From: Microthyrium microscopicum
Taxonomy: Eukaryota
Assembly (NCBI GenBank): GCA_010405405.1
Contig: MU004235.1
Coordinates: 1,688,538 to 1,752,537 of the forward strand
Direction of reading: 5' to 3'
DNA: 64,000 bases
A program made the translations under genes and the position numbers. The notes under the pieces are model-generated. The model had not been told where the DNA came from. It saw nothing but the letters and a program-made list of their open reading frames with translations, and ran no database searches. Below are positions 24,484-34,781 of the stretch, in pieces (the first letter of the stretch is position 1; the number at the start of each line of letters is the position of its first letter).

Positions 24484-24665
24484 GCCCCATTGACGCAGTG
24501 GTTAGCGTGTGGTTCTTAGTCAGTAATTTTCCAACCCTGCGCGGGTCAGCGCTAGTGATCGAGTCGTCATACTAACCGGCAATAGTACTATGACTAAGCT
24601 CTAGTATGGCAGGTTTTTGTCCTGTTGCGATGCCAAAGTCGTGAGTTCGACCCTCACATGGAGCA
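24484..24665 (+). tRNA. tRNA-Ile(UAU) with two intervening sequences: a spliceosomal-type intron 24519-24585 inside the anticodon and a canonical tRNA intron 24588-24629
   Basis: Acceptor GCCCCAT/ATGGAGC plus discriminator A, D arm ACGC-AGTGGTTA-GCGT, anticodon stem TGGTT/TGCCA, variable AAGTC, T arm GTGAG-TTCGACC-CTCAC, and a T6 terminator at 24671-24676. The scaffold resembles eukaryotic tRNA-Ile(TAT). The loop CT-TAT-A-A forms only after both inserts are removed. Confidence 0.88.
24519..24585 (+). other. U2-type (spliceosomal) intron within the tRNA anticodon, between A35 and T36
   Basis: Donor GTCAGT (the same donor as two YPP1 introns in this window), perfect branch TACTAAC at 24570-24576, acceptor AATAG. 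Its 67-nt length is like the mRNA introns nearby. Confidence 0.82.
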
Positions 24666-26215
24666 ATTTGTTTTTTGGTCTATAACATTTATTTTTTGGG
24701 TGCTTATGCAATACATATGGGCTGAAACTCGAGAGAGCGTTGTTGAGAAGAGTAGTTTGTGGTGGTGGGGAATAAAGGCTTCTTTGTTTTTTGGGATTTG
24801 GGTGGATATAATGCTGTTCAATAGGCAGATGGTGTCGCAGATAGAGTAGAGAACACACGATCAAGCGAAGGAAAGGACCCTCCAGTTGGAAAAGTTTATG
24901 TTAAGTTAATGATCAGATGGGATATATTGGACCGCACTTCCTCGGCATTTCCCAGCATCCAGGTTCGATTTGGTTGCGCAATAGATGGGGAATGATTTTA
25001 GGTAAGGCGTTCTCATGGTAATCAAAATTGGGTCCCGGTTGGTTACTGGGGTTTATATACTTTGTTAGGTACTGGTATATCTGGCTGGAAGATAATGTAT
25101 TAGCGGGAAGCGTTTGACGCATCTTTTGATCTCTTCTTGAGTTTAGAGTAAGTTGAGACAGAAATCGTCCATTGACATTGCTCAATATGGGACAGGATGT
25201 AGTGACTTCATCAGTTATTTCGTCAGGTGGAACAAAGCATAATGATTTCATATCTTGAGCCCAGATGTTTCGGTTGTGCAAATCATTTTGGTATACGCCA
25301 CACTCTGGTTGGGGGTAGTCTAACCCCAGACTGGAGCAAGTTGAGACGAATTGGTGTTTCATGGGACAAGTTTAGAAACAGTGGATCCTTTTGCTTTTCT
25401 AGTTCACAAGTTCACAACGATGGCAGCAAAAAATGGTGTGCAGATTGTTTGGAAGTGTAAGAGTGGATGAGAACAACCCAAGGGGGAAAGGTAAACGAGG
25501 GTGCAGCGTGGTAAAAGATGGTACGTGCAAAGGCTCACGGACCAAGGGCGTCATCTAGAAGGATTATCGAAGGTCCGAGGAACATTCTAAAGAGTCTAAA
25601 GAGTCTAAAGCGACAGGTTTTGTTTAATTTGACAGCGGCCACGATTTGACTCGACGAGTGGGCGTACAGTAGCGCGCAGACGAGCAGCCAAGACTCAAGA
25701 GGGAGATTTGAACTCGACTTTCTGTCCAGGACTCCAGTGTCAGGAGGGGCATTTCAATGTCAGTACTATAGGGGTCGATAGAGTATAACTTATATTGCAT
25801 GTTGATGAGAAAAGATGGGATGGAGCATTGGAGATGGATTTGGATCTTGTTAACCTGTTACTGATCTCTCCTTGAGTCCTTCAAGATCCCATAGAGTACT
25901 ATCTTCTGGCATTATTGGGATCCTCATTGAATTTTGCTAGACCGATGGTCCCGCTTTATCCATTATTCCCACGATTCCTGCTGTGACACCCTTGAATCCT
26001 CGTGTTAACCAACAATTGTTGACGAATTGCCCCATCCCCCCCGAGCGGCTCTTTTACTTGTGAGACTGTTTCCGGAAAGGAGGGTAGTGTCCGTAGAGCA
26101 GACCTTGTTAAGCCTGGATTGTTTTAACCACTGGCACTGGCACTGGCAATGGATAAAAGGTGAAAAAGACGACGGACATTTCCAGCAGCCAATTTACTGC
26201 AGCACTGAGCCGAGG

Positions 26216-26246
26216 ACTGACGACTGACGACTGACGACTGACGACT
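26216..26246. repeat. (ACTGACG)x4 tandem repeat
   Basis: Directly visible: actgacgactgacgactgacgactgacgact. Confidence 0.9.
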
Positions 26247-27034
26247 CATCTTCTCAACTACACTTGTACTCTCAACATCAAGATTTCTCTCTCCCTTTAC
26301 AAAGCACCACCACCACCACATTATACCAGGTACCATACATTCGCGCCCGCTCTGCCACAGACCTGCTCTATCTGCTGCCAACGCTCTCCATTACCCATCA
26401 TGTCTATTACCTGAATAACGCGCTTCCTTCTCCTCTACCGTATCCTCCCTGTCTCCATATCCCTCTCCGATTATCTCCTCAAATATACCCAGACACCCAG
26501 AAGCCTTCCCTGTCATTCATGCCCTAGCCAGACCAAGGACCCGCGACCCGTCAGACCCTCGCCAACGCCCTGAGTGGTAGACTGCTGCTTTGCCCGCCAG
26601 GTCCAGTCCTCCCTCAATATACTGCACGCGTTCCTCTCGGATCGCCCAGATCACCTCCCTCCTTGTTCCACTTGGCTTCTGAAATCACCCTCTATCCTCG
26701 TCCAGACATGCCCGCCCTGTGAAGAGCTGCTTGCAACCGCTCTTCCGTCTATTCTGCACCTTGCCGATGCGAAGCTGTCATCCCGCTCTACTCCCAACAA
26801 CTTGCCTGCAGCTAGCTCGGTACCTACCAAACAACATTGAGAACAACTATACATGCCAAAAAGACTGCTTGGTTCAGCTTTGACTCTAATATATTAACAT
26901 CTTGCCACCTGGACTTGGCCCTACCTTAGACACGTTTGCCCAAGATTCGAAAATATTTCACTTTCGCTTGCTTGTCTCGTGCCCCTCTAAGAACACCAAG
27001 AGATTGACCCGCGCCTGGTCAAGTCGCATTTACA

Positions 27035-30000
27035 ATGAGGCGCATTCGAGCTGGATCTGGAGGCACACTTCATGCCAATCGAGGAAATGCCGCTGATCCA
27101 TTGTCACTTATTCGATCATTCGATTCCGAAAATATTCCAACTCGACCAGTACGACCCTCTCCACTATCTGCCTCGACGTTCCATGGCTTACCGCTTGATC
27201 TACTCGACCGATTACGTTCCTTTCCTCTCTTTATATCCGCACCAGACAGCTTTCTCGCCGCCATCGGTTCACATTTGCGACCACAATTACATAATACGCA
27301 TGACTACGTCTTGACGGAAGGTGATGATGCAAAGGCCATGTATTGGCTAGTAAGAGGCTCCTTGATTGTCACGAGTAGGGATGGGGAGAGCACATATGCC
27401 GAACTCAAGCCTGGTGCTTTCTTTGGCGAAATTGGCATATTAATGGACATACCGAGGACTGCAACTGTCGTGGCCAAACTCAAATCTCTCGTGGTTAGAC
27501 TCAACAAGGAGGACCTGCAACAGGTTCTGCCAAATTACCCAGAAGTCGAGTCAACAATTCGGGATGAGGCGTTGGAGAGACTGAGTATTTTGGAACGGAA
27601 AAAGAAGGAACTCAATCTATCCAAAGGACTTCCAGCTTCGGCTCCTTTCAGAAAAGGCAAACGTCCACGTAGTATGGATGGTGAAGTTGTCATGGCAGAA
27701 GCTGGTATGCTTAAGCATGGTGAAATTGTGGTCAGCAGCAAAAAGAGAAAATCTCCAAGTCCAAGTACAACCGATTCATTGGCATCGAGTGCCTTGGGAA
27801 GTGGATCAGTCAATGTTCGACAAACTCTACGGGAACTACCTCTATTTGCAACTTTACCACCGGAGATTCTTCACTTCATCGGATTGAATGCACAACCACG
27901 GTCATACAAGCCCTTTGAGGACATAATCAAACAGGGTTCTACTGGTCGAGATGTGTTCTTTATCGTCCGAGGCGAAGTGGAGGTTGTGAGTGAAAAACTT
28001 CCACAGACACCAGTAGATCGTCCAGCCTCCAATGGTATGCCGGTTTTGCTACTGCCACCAGAGCCTCCACAAGAACCCGTCATCAAGGCAAGATTACGTC
28101 CTGGGCAATACTTCGGAGAAGTCACGAGTTTGTCGTTGGCACCAAGAAGAACAGCAACTGTCCGCTCGATATCTTCCGTCGAGGCTTTGATGATCAGTGG
28201 TGATGTTCTAGATGAACTTTGGATGAAATGTACTCCGGATCTACGACGCCAGGTTGAAAGAACAGCAAGAGACAGACTTCGATCTGCCAATGACGGAGAC
28301 GTTCAAATGACAGATGCTGATAGTACACCGGCTATCGGTGCACTCGAAATTGATGATGCTCGACCTCTTTCTCCAACAACAAAAGGAATGTTTTCATTAT
28401 CGGAAACTCTAAGAGCCGATGAACCCCCTGCCGTTGGTGTAGTAGATCCCGACCCGTACCTGAACGTTGATCTAGAAAATTTCCGATCAAGATCTCGACG
28501 GGGATCTTTGGCTCCACCATCACCATCAACGTCTACACCACCCAATGAACCTGCTCAGCCTGGTGATTCACCAAGCAAGCATTCACTATTCAATGGACAC
28601 AATATTCTCTCCCAAATCAAGTTCAAAATTGATCCCGTCTCTCCTCGCAAGGTATTGGCAAACAAAAGAGCCAGGCTGCTCCGTCAAATGCAAATGCGAC
28701 AAGAGAAACAAACTATACCCGATAATGTTTTGGTCAACGTATTCAAATATTTGGATGTTTATGACCTCATGAAGCTACGACTCGTTTCAACGCATTGGAT
28801 GAAAATAATCTCTACATCTCCTGATATACTACACCATCTCGATCTTACACCATATAATAGGTTCATCAACGACCACACTCTACAGAATGTCGTATGTCCA
28901 TTCATTGGCACACGCCCCAAATTTGTTGATATTAGCAATTGTTTCCATCTTACCGACGAAGGCTTTGCTACACTCGCTGCCACTTGTGCTGCCACCGTCA
29001 AGGTCTGGCGCATGAAGAGCGTCTGGGACATTACTGGCCAAGCCGTCCTCGAAATGGCGAACAAAGCCAAGGAACTCGAAGAAATCGATCTCTCCAACTG
29101 CCGAAAAGTTAGCGACAATCTCCTCGCGCGTGTCGTTGGCTGGGTCGTGCCTGCTCTCGATCCTGTGGAGCAAGTGGTTCAGCAACAGCGCCAGCAACAA
29201 CAACTCAATCGCCGCAACGGCAAACTCTCAAAGCTCACCTCCCCACCGCCATCCCTCCCACAACCTGGCACAGTAGTCGGCTGTCCGAATCTTAAACGCA
29301 TGACACTCTCCTATTGCAAACACATCACTGACCGTTCCATGGCCCACATTGCCACTCACGCCGCCTCCCGTATCGAAGAATTGAACCTTACGCGTTGCAC
29401 TACCATCACGGACGAAGGTTTCCACTTCTGGTCTGCTTGGGCCTTTCCACGTCTTACGAGGTTGTGTCTCGCGGATTGCACCTATCTCACTGATAACGCC
29501 ATCATCTGGCTCACTCACGCCGCCCGCGCCCTCACCTGGCTCGATCTTGTAAGTATCTCCCCGCAAACCTCATCCCCAATGCGGGCTGCTAATAAGTTCT
29601 ACCAGTCATTCTGCTGCGCTCTGTCCGACATCGCCACCGAAGTCCTCGCCCTTGGCTGCCCCTCCCTCCGCCATCTCAACCTCGCCTTCTGTGGGTCTGC
29701 GGTCTCTGATGCCTCACTCCGCGTAATTTCCCGTCACTTACTTGAACTTCGCGAACTGTCCGTACGTGGTTGTGTAAGAGTGACTGGGGTAGGTGTGGAA
29801 AGTGTAGTCGAAGGCTGTGAGAAGCTTGATGCGTTCGATGTTAGTCAGTGCCGCAACCTCATGCCGTGGATTGAGGGTGGTGGACGCGAGAAGGTCTGGG
29901 AGGGTGGGAGAAGTGTAAGGTTCTGCGTATGGGCGGGCGAGCCAGGTGGATGGGGGAGTGCAAGACCTGCTGGCGAGGAAGTTGGATGTGCGGATGGTGG

Positions 30001-30049
30001 AGAGAATGGAGTTGTTGACGGGGGGAAGATGGTGCTTGTTGAGGGATAA
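27035..30049 (+). CDS. Protein with two cyclic-nucleotide-binding domains, an F-box and leucine-rich repeats
   Basis: Two cNMP motifs (LKPGAFFGEIGILMDIPRTATV; LRPGQYFGEVTSLSLAPRRTATV), F-box IPDNVLVNVFKYLDVYDLMKLRLVSTHW, and Cys-containing LRRs (LSYCKHITD, LTRCTTITD). One in-frame 57-nt intron at 29549-29605. Confidence 0.9.
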   Translation: MRRIRAGSGGTLHANRGNAADPLSLIRSFDSENIPTRPVRPSPLSASTFHGLPLDLLDRLRSFPLFISAPDSFLAAIGSHLRPQLHNTHDYVLTEGDDAKAMYWLVRGSLIVTSRDGESTYAELKPGAFFGEIGILMDIPRTATVVAKLKSLVVRLNKEDLQQVLPNYPEVESTIRDEALERLSILERKKKELNLSKGLPASAPFRKGKRPRSMDGEVVMAEAGMLKHGEIVVSSKKRKSPSPSTTDSLASSALGSGSVNVRQTLRELPLFATLPPEILHFIGLNAQPRSYKPFEDIIKQGSTGRDVFFIVRGEVEVVSEKLPQTPVDRPASNGMPVLLLPPEPPQEPVIKARLRPGQYFGEVTSLSLAPRRTATVRSISSVEALMISGDVLDELWMKCTPDLRRQVERTARDRLRSANDGDVQMTDADSTPAIGALEIDDARPLSPTTKGMFSLSETLRADEPPAVGVVDPDPYLNVDLENFRSRSRRGSLAPPSPSTSTPPNEPAQPGDSPSKHSLFNGHNILSQIKFKIDPVSPRKVLANKRARLLRQMQMRQEKQTIPDNVLVNVFKYLDVYDLMKLRLVSTHWMKIISTSPDILHHLDLTPYNRFINDHTLQNVVCPFIGTRPKFVDISNCFHLTDEGFATLAATCAATVKVWRMKSVWDITGQAVLEMANKAKELEEIDLSNCRKVSDNLLARVVGWVVPALDPVEQVVQQQRQQQQLNRRNGKLSKLTSPPPSLPQPGTVVGCPNLKRMTLSYCKHITDRSMAHIATHAASRIEELNLTRCTTITDEGFHFWSAWAFPRLTRLCLADCTYLTDNAIIWLTHAARALTWLDLVSISPQTSSPMRAANKFYQSFCCALSDIATEVLALGCPSLRHLNLAFCGSAVSDASLRVISRHLLELRELSVRGCVRVTGVGVESVVEGCEKLDAFDVSQCRNLMPWIEGGGREKVWEGGRSVRFCVWAGEPGGWGSARPAGEEVGCADGGENGVVDGGKMVLVEG

Positions 30050-30327
30050 AGATGAGCGTATACTCTGTAATGGAGCGGAGGATGAGAAGATGGGGTTGAT
30101 GTTTTGAATGAAGTGATGGTGCTGATGCTGTATGGAAACGATCTATTGGCTATGTAATGCATCGTGGGCATGTCGACATCTTGATGTATGTTTGAGTCGT
30201 GTTTTCTTTGTGCAAGATACCACTGCATGTTGAAAGCGACGAGTAGGGTTTACTCATGTACTGTATACAATCTATTCCATCTTGTATAATTCGGTACTTT
30301 GAATCTTTTGTCTAGCAAGTTCATTTA

Positions 30328-30578
30328 CACGCGAAGTCATAATGTGGTTGCGCCGAGGACCCTCTCTCCATGATCCTTCTTAATACTTTCAGCTGAGTTG
30401 AGCCAGTCAGCAACTTATGCTGACACAACGTATGGAACCTAAGGAGAACTAGCATCATTATTGTCCTATGTAGATCTATGGCCATTGTATACCTATCATA
30501 GGCTGACGAGCGCAGAATTCTCAGAAAAGCAGTAGGAAGGAGAGAGTCCTCGGCGCAACCACATTCTAACTCTGGGTG
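30328..30578. mobile_element. MITE (Tc1/mariner-type), 251 bp
   Basis: About 40-bp TIRs (CAC..AATGTGGTTGCGCCGAGGAC..CTCTCC and its reverse complement), TA on both flanks, non-coding interior. Confidence 0.85.
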
Positions 30579-30727
30579 TAGATGTTTGCCATCTGTGGTG
30601 GTGAATCAACCTGGAGTTATGCTGGCTGCACTGCAATAGAGTGATCAAACGCGACTTTCTGATGGTTTGTCATGCGTAGATCTGGAGTTGAGCACATGAA
30701 TTGCCACAGCAGTGTGTCTGTCGGGTA

Positions 30728-30946
30728 CACTGGTTTGCGAAATGTGGTGAACTCTGACCCCCTCCCTAATAGGCTTATTCTTGCAGAATACAACCAATCA
30801 TATCAAGAACAGCTCATTACTTTGTGGTAAAGGCTCTGGCCTAGGTCTCAATGTTTAGATTCCGTCCCTCTATACAAAGCCAAAATCCACATGTTTAGAG
30901 ACACTAGGGGGGAGGGTTAGAGTTCACCACATTTCGCAAACCAGTG
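30728..30946. mobile_element. MITE (Tc1/mariner-type), 219 bp
   Basis: Near-perfect TIR CACTGGTTTGCGAAATGTGGTGAACTCT(G/A)ACCC, with TA on both flanks. Confidence 0.9.
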
Positions 30947-32337
30947 TAAGGCTCAGATCAAGTCAAAGTAACAATACTGGACAGCCACCTTGCATGATTG
31001 GAGATTCATTAGCATGCATACAGCTTGAATATGTTCTTAAATGATTCTTCAGAGGTTCCAACGGCATGAGAGCCGTTAACAAGAAGACGCTGGATTCTGA
31101 CCAAATCCTGCCTGCATTTGGCTGAACAAATGTTTCCGAGCGACGTTCACACGTAAACATGGAAGCATGGGAGCTCGGAAGAAGTGCGTTCGATGGCAGC
31201 ACTGACGCTCCTACTCTGACTCTGAAAAACCATTGCTAAAACTGAATTCTTATGTACACTGGAGTCTGGAGGTTGTATTCAGCCAGCCAATCAATGCAGG
31301 TCAAAGTTCAAAACACGCCGAGCGGATGACTGACTCTCTATGGCGTTGAGGGGATGTCAAGCAAGACTTTACATCTCACGCAACAACTAAATTGCGAGCC
31401 GAAAGCGGTGAATATGACAAGGATTTCAAGGCTGGGTTTTGCAGCTGGTTTTTTGACAAGAAGAATATGACATCTCAAATCGCGTGCCCCGTTCTGTTCT
31501 GTTCTGTAAAGCAAGAGCTAGGGGTGCGACCGACATAGCAGCGCGCAAATACCATTGGTTGCTGGTCATGAGGCAGTGCCAAGTTCACCTCGACCTGTCG
31601 ACAGTCTGGGCTAGGAACTGTTCATAGTTTTTCTTTGTCAACTTAAAACGCTTTGAAGCTGTTGTAAAGTATAATTGCTCTTGAAAGTTCGTTTGAGGCT
31701 CTGGGAACAATACCCATTGGATTCCGTGCATCCACCGATTCATAAAGCTTGTCAACATTTTGCCTGAATGAAATTTCCAAAGCTTTGAGGATAGCTTCTA
31801 TTGTTCTCGGAATCACTGATGTTGCCTTCCGTCTACTTGTGAGGACGTAAAATTGCTCCATACACTACATAATTTGTTGATTAGCTCCAAGACGTAGCTG
31901 CGTATGCAGGTCGAAATCGCGAAGTTTACCTCTAGCGTGTTCAGTTTGGTTGGCCTTTGACTGTCCGGCAGCTCATTGGGAGTGCCATTTGTGCCAAGCC
32001 TCAAAGAGCACTAGCAATCGCAGAGAGGTACCGAAAAAACTTGTTCATCTGTTCCTCAAGTACACACTCTGTAAGTTTTGGAAGCCCGTAGGCATTTTTG
32101 GGTTAGGCCCTTAGTCGTTGAGACCAAAGAATGCTCAAAGAGTCTCGCGCAATCGTTGCTCATGTTCATTACTGATGCTTTTGAGGAGTTTTTCTCTTCC
32201 AACATCTCAAAGTTAGTGACAATTCACGCGCTCGCTAGAAAGGTACCTACAGACATCCGGAGGCATACAACAAGTACTTGGCCTCGTCCATTCGAAATCG
32301 TACAACTTAGGCTCAGTCGTTCTGAAACTGTATGTTA

Positions 32338-32574
32338 CACCAGATGTAGAATGTGCTTGCGTTTTTGACACCACCTCATACATCGATCGAATTTACATAT
32401 ATCGACCATTCATAGCTGGTTAAGCGTGGAGATTTGAAAAGTTGGGGCCCAAGATAGAGCTTTAACGTACCAAAGTAGATGCTATTCTTTTATGATTAGT
32501 TAATTTGTTATTCAAAGTACTAAGAAACATATAGCGGAGGTGTCAAAAACGCAAGGACATTCCACATATGGGTG
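32338..32574. mobile_element. MITE (Tc1/mariner-type), 237 bp
   Basis: TIR CACC..ATGT.GAATGT.CTTGCGTTTTTGACACC on both ends, with TA on both flanks. Confidence 0.85.
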
Positions 32575-32849
32575 TACACGATCTTGACATTATAACAGCA
32601 GATTCAAAAAAAATGCTTCCCATCAAGTTTGAATATTCTCATTGAGCGTGATATTCCCCATCAGGTTTGACATTAACCATCGAGTGCTACATTGCTCAGC
32701 GATGCTGATATCTCTTGTCATGCGCCATATCTCCCATCAAGTGCGATACTACGCAGTGAATACGAATGATCCCGGTCAATTTTCATATTTGTTGATCGAA
32801 AATACTAGTGTCACCTATCGCTATGTGGCATACCACTCTTTAGCACCTA

Positions 32850-33090
32850 CACCCATTTGTGAAAGGCGATTTTCACCAACCCTCCCCGCTATATGAGAAC
32901 TTATACAGATCTCTACTTTTTATAGGCTTAGTAGTGTATTCGAAATTTGATATTATCGATTTAGCGTCCTAGATAACTACATTGACTTGCTATTGGGGTG
33001 TTTCCTAAGTTAACACGGTGATTTTATAGAAACCATCGTACAGGGAGGTGTCTGGGTGCTTTGGAGCTCATCATTTTTCGCAAACCGGTG
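32850..33090. mobile_element. Probable older MITE, 241 bp
   Basis: TA-CACCCATTTGTGAAA ... TTTCGCAAACCGGTG-TA. The TIRs are more diverged, and the right end resembles the 30728 MITE TIR. Confidence 0.55.
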
Positions 33091-33461
33091 TAATAAGGTC
33101 ATTTATATTCGTTGAGGATCAAAGCAGCGTAATCGCACCGTACTTTCACGGGGCAAAGGATTTGGGATTGCTGGAAGATTGTTCGTGTGTGATGAGGTTC
33201 CCTTCAGTGCTCTTTACAAGTCAAGTTTCAACTCTGCAATTCTCGGTGTGTAAGGAAACCACTGCATGGCGAATCAAACGAAATAAATGGCGTACTCTCA
33301 TCAACTTCGATGGCCCAAAAGGCTACGTCCTGTTATCGAGTGCTTTATTTGCCATAAAGTGCGTTCGGATTAGAAACATTTAGTAGATACGATAAGGTGC
33401 GACTCGACTCAGACACGATGAATACAAATTTGGAATGTTCTGGTCGTTCCTTCTGTACTCA

Positions 33462-33530
33462 AAGCAGGGTCGCTCCTTCTACATTCAGAGCAGGGTCGCT
33501 CCTTCTACATTCGGAACAGGTCGCTCCTTC
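33462..33530. repeat. Three copies of an approximately 26-bp repeat (CAGGGTCGCTCCTTCTACATTC...)
   Basis: Directly visible tandem copies. Confidence 0.85.
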
Positions 33531-33558
33531 CGCCCTCAGAATAATGTCATGCCGTTGG

Positions 33559-33907
33559 GAAACTCGACTTGAACACTCAGCGCTCTGTCCAGCAACTCAG
33601 TCTTGCAATTCTCACGGTGTGATGAAACTCGACTTCAAATGTTGAACACTCAGCGCTCTGTCCACCAACTCAGTCTTGCAATTCTCACGGTGTGATGAAA
33701 CTCGACTTCAAATGTTGAACACTCAGCGCTCTGTCCGCCAACTCAATCTTGCAATTCTCACTGTGTGATGAAACTCGACTTGAACACTCAGCGCTCTGTC
33801 TGCCAACTCAATCTGGCATTTCTCACTGTGAGGAAACTCGACTTGAACACTCAGCGCTCTGTTTGCCAACTTAGTCTTATAATCCTCACTCTGTGAGGAA
33901 AATCGAT
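33559..33907. repeat. Minisatellite, 5 copies of a 63-73 bp unit
   Basis: Unit GAAACTCGACTT(CAAATGTT)GAACACTCAGCGCTCTGT...CAACTCA.TCTTGCAATTCTCAC.GTGTGAT. Copies 2 and 3 carry an 8-bp insertion. Confidence 0.92.
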
Positions 33908-34039
33908 CATTCACTTTCTCCTTATAGCCTAATTTGGCAATCCATTTCCAATCCGACATATCTTGCCACTAACCCCTCCTCTCCCTTCAACCTCAATCTC
34001 GTACAACAACAACAACAACCTCGTACACAGCACATCACG

Positions 34040-34781
34040 ATGTCCGACTCCAATCTTGCTGAAGAAGTCGAAGAACATAACGGAGATAGTGCCTCTCCAT
34101 CTCATTCGGAGGAGCGAAAGAAAAGTTCCAGTCCTGCCAAAGAGCTCGAACAGCTCGAACAGCTTAACAGAGGTCCGGCCTTCAGACGATGGGTGAAGGT
34201 GACTCTCGAAACGGTCAAAATCCTGCTTTGGTCCGAAGCATCGAAAGCCTCGACAGCATCGAGTGTCCCGGTCCTTGAGTACGACTTTGCGAAGGATAAA
34301 GATGAGGATCCTAAAGATGATGATTCAAAAGATGAGCATTCTAAAGATGAGCATTCTAACGGCGAGGCTACCGAGGAAGCCAATGCTGAAAATGGGGAAA
34401 TGCTAGGAAATTTCACACCTGCGACCAAACGAAAGTGTGAATCCAAACAGGCATCAAAGGAGAAGAAAGCAAAGGTTGAAATCACTCCCGCGGTTGAGTC
34501 TGATATCGGCGTCAATCACGTCCATGTTCCTTCAACCCAGTCGCCTGTTCCGAGTTCAGGCGTTCCGAGTTCAGGCGTTCCGAGTTCAGACGTTCCGAGT
34601 TCAGATGTTGCATCTACTGCCATCGCACAACCATCGTCCTCTAAGCGCAAGGGCGGCATCCCAGGGTGTAAGCATTATCACGCTCGCAATATTATATTAT
34701 ACTAATCCTGATGTAGGGCCCGAATTTATTGCAAAGAGGCCCGCTTCAGGGTCTGAAACATCTGACGACGAATGGTATTAG
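34040..34781 (+). CDS. Hypothetical low-complexity acidic/Ser-rich protein (about 230 aa), 2 exons
   Basis: Open from MSDSNLAEEVEE. An intron GTAAGC...TACTAAT...TAG (about 34668-34717) joins to WPEFIAKRPASGSETSDDEWY*. Internal repeats SKDEH and PSS(G/D)V, plus basic NLS-like clusters. Confidence 0.6.

Noticed and set aside
24484..24665. Reading the tRNA as tRNA-Leu(UAG) with one long intron
   Set aside because: The body has a short variable loop and Ile-type sequence, and position 37 would be T. Removing the GT-AG intron restores a normal UAU-A loop.
24913..25362. 149-aa minus-strand ORF
   Set aside because: No recognisable motif or supporting splice structure, so I cannot tell it from a chance ORF.
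31600..32330. Coding-like minus-strand fragments between MITEs
   Set aside because: Short frames with stops and no identifiable family. It may be a pseudogene, but I cannot support that.
33559..33907. CRISPR-like array
   Set aside because: The units are repeated over their whole length with no unique spacers, there are no cas genes, and the context is eukaryotic. It is a minisatellite.
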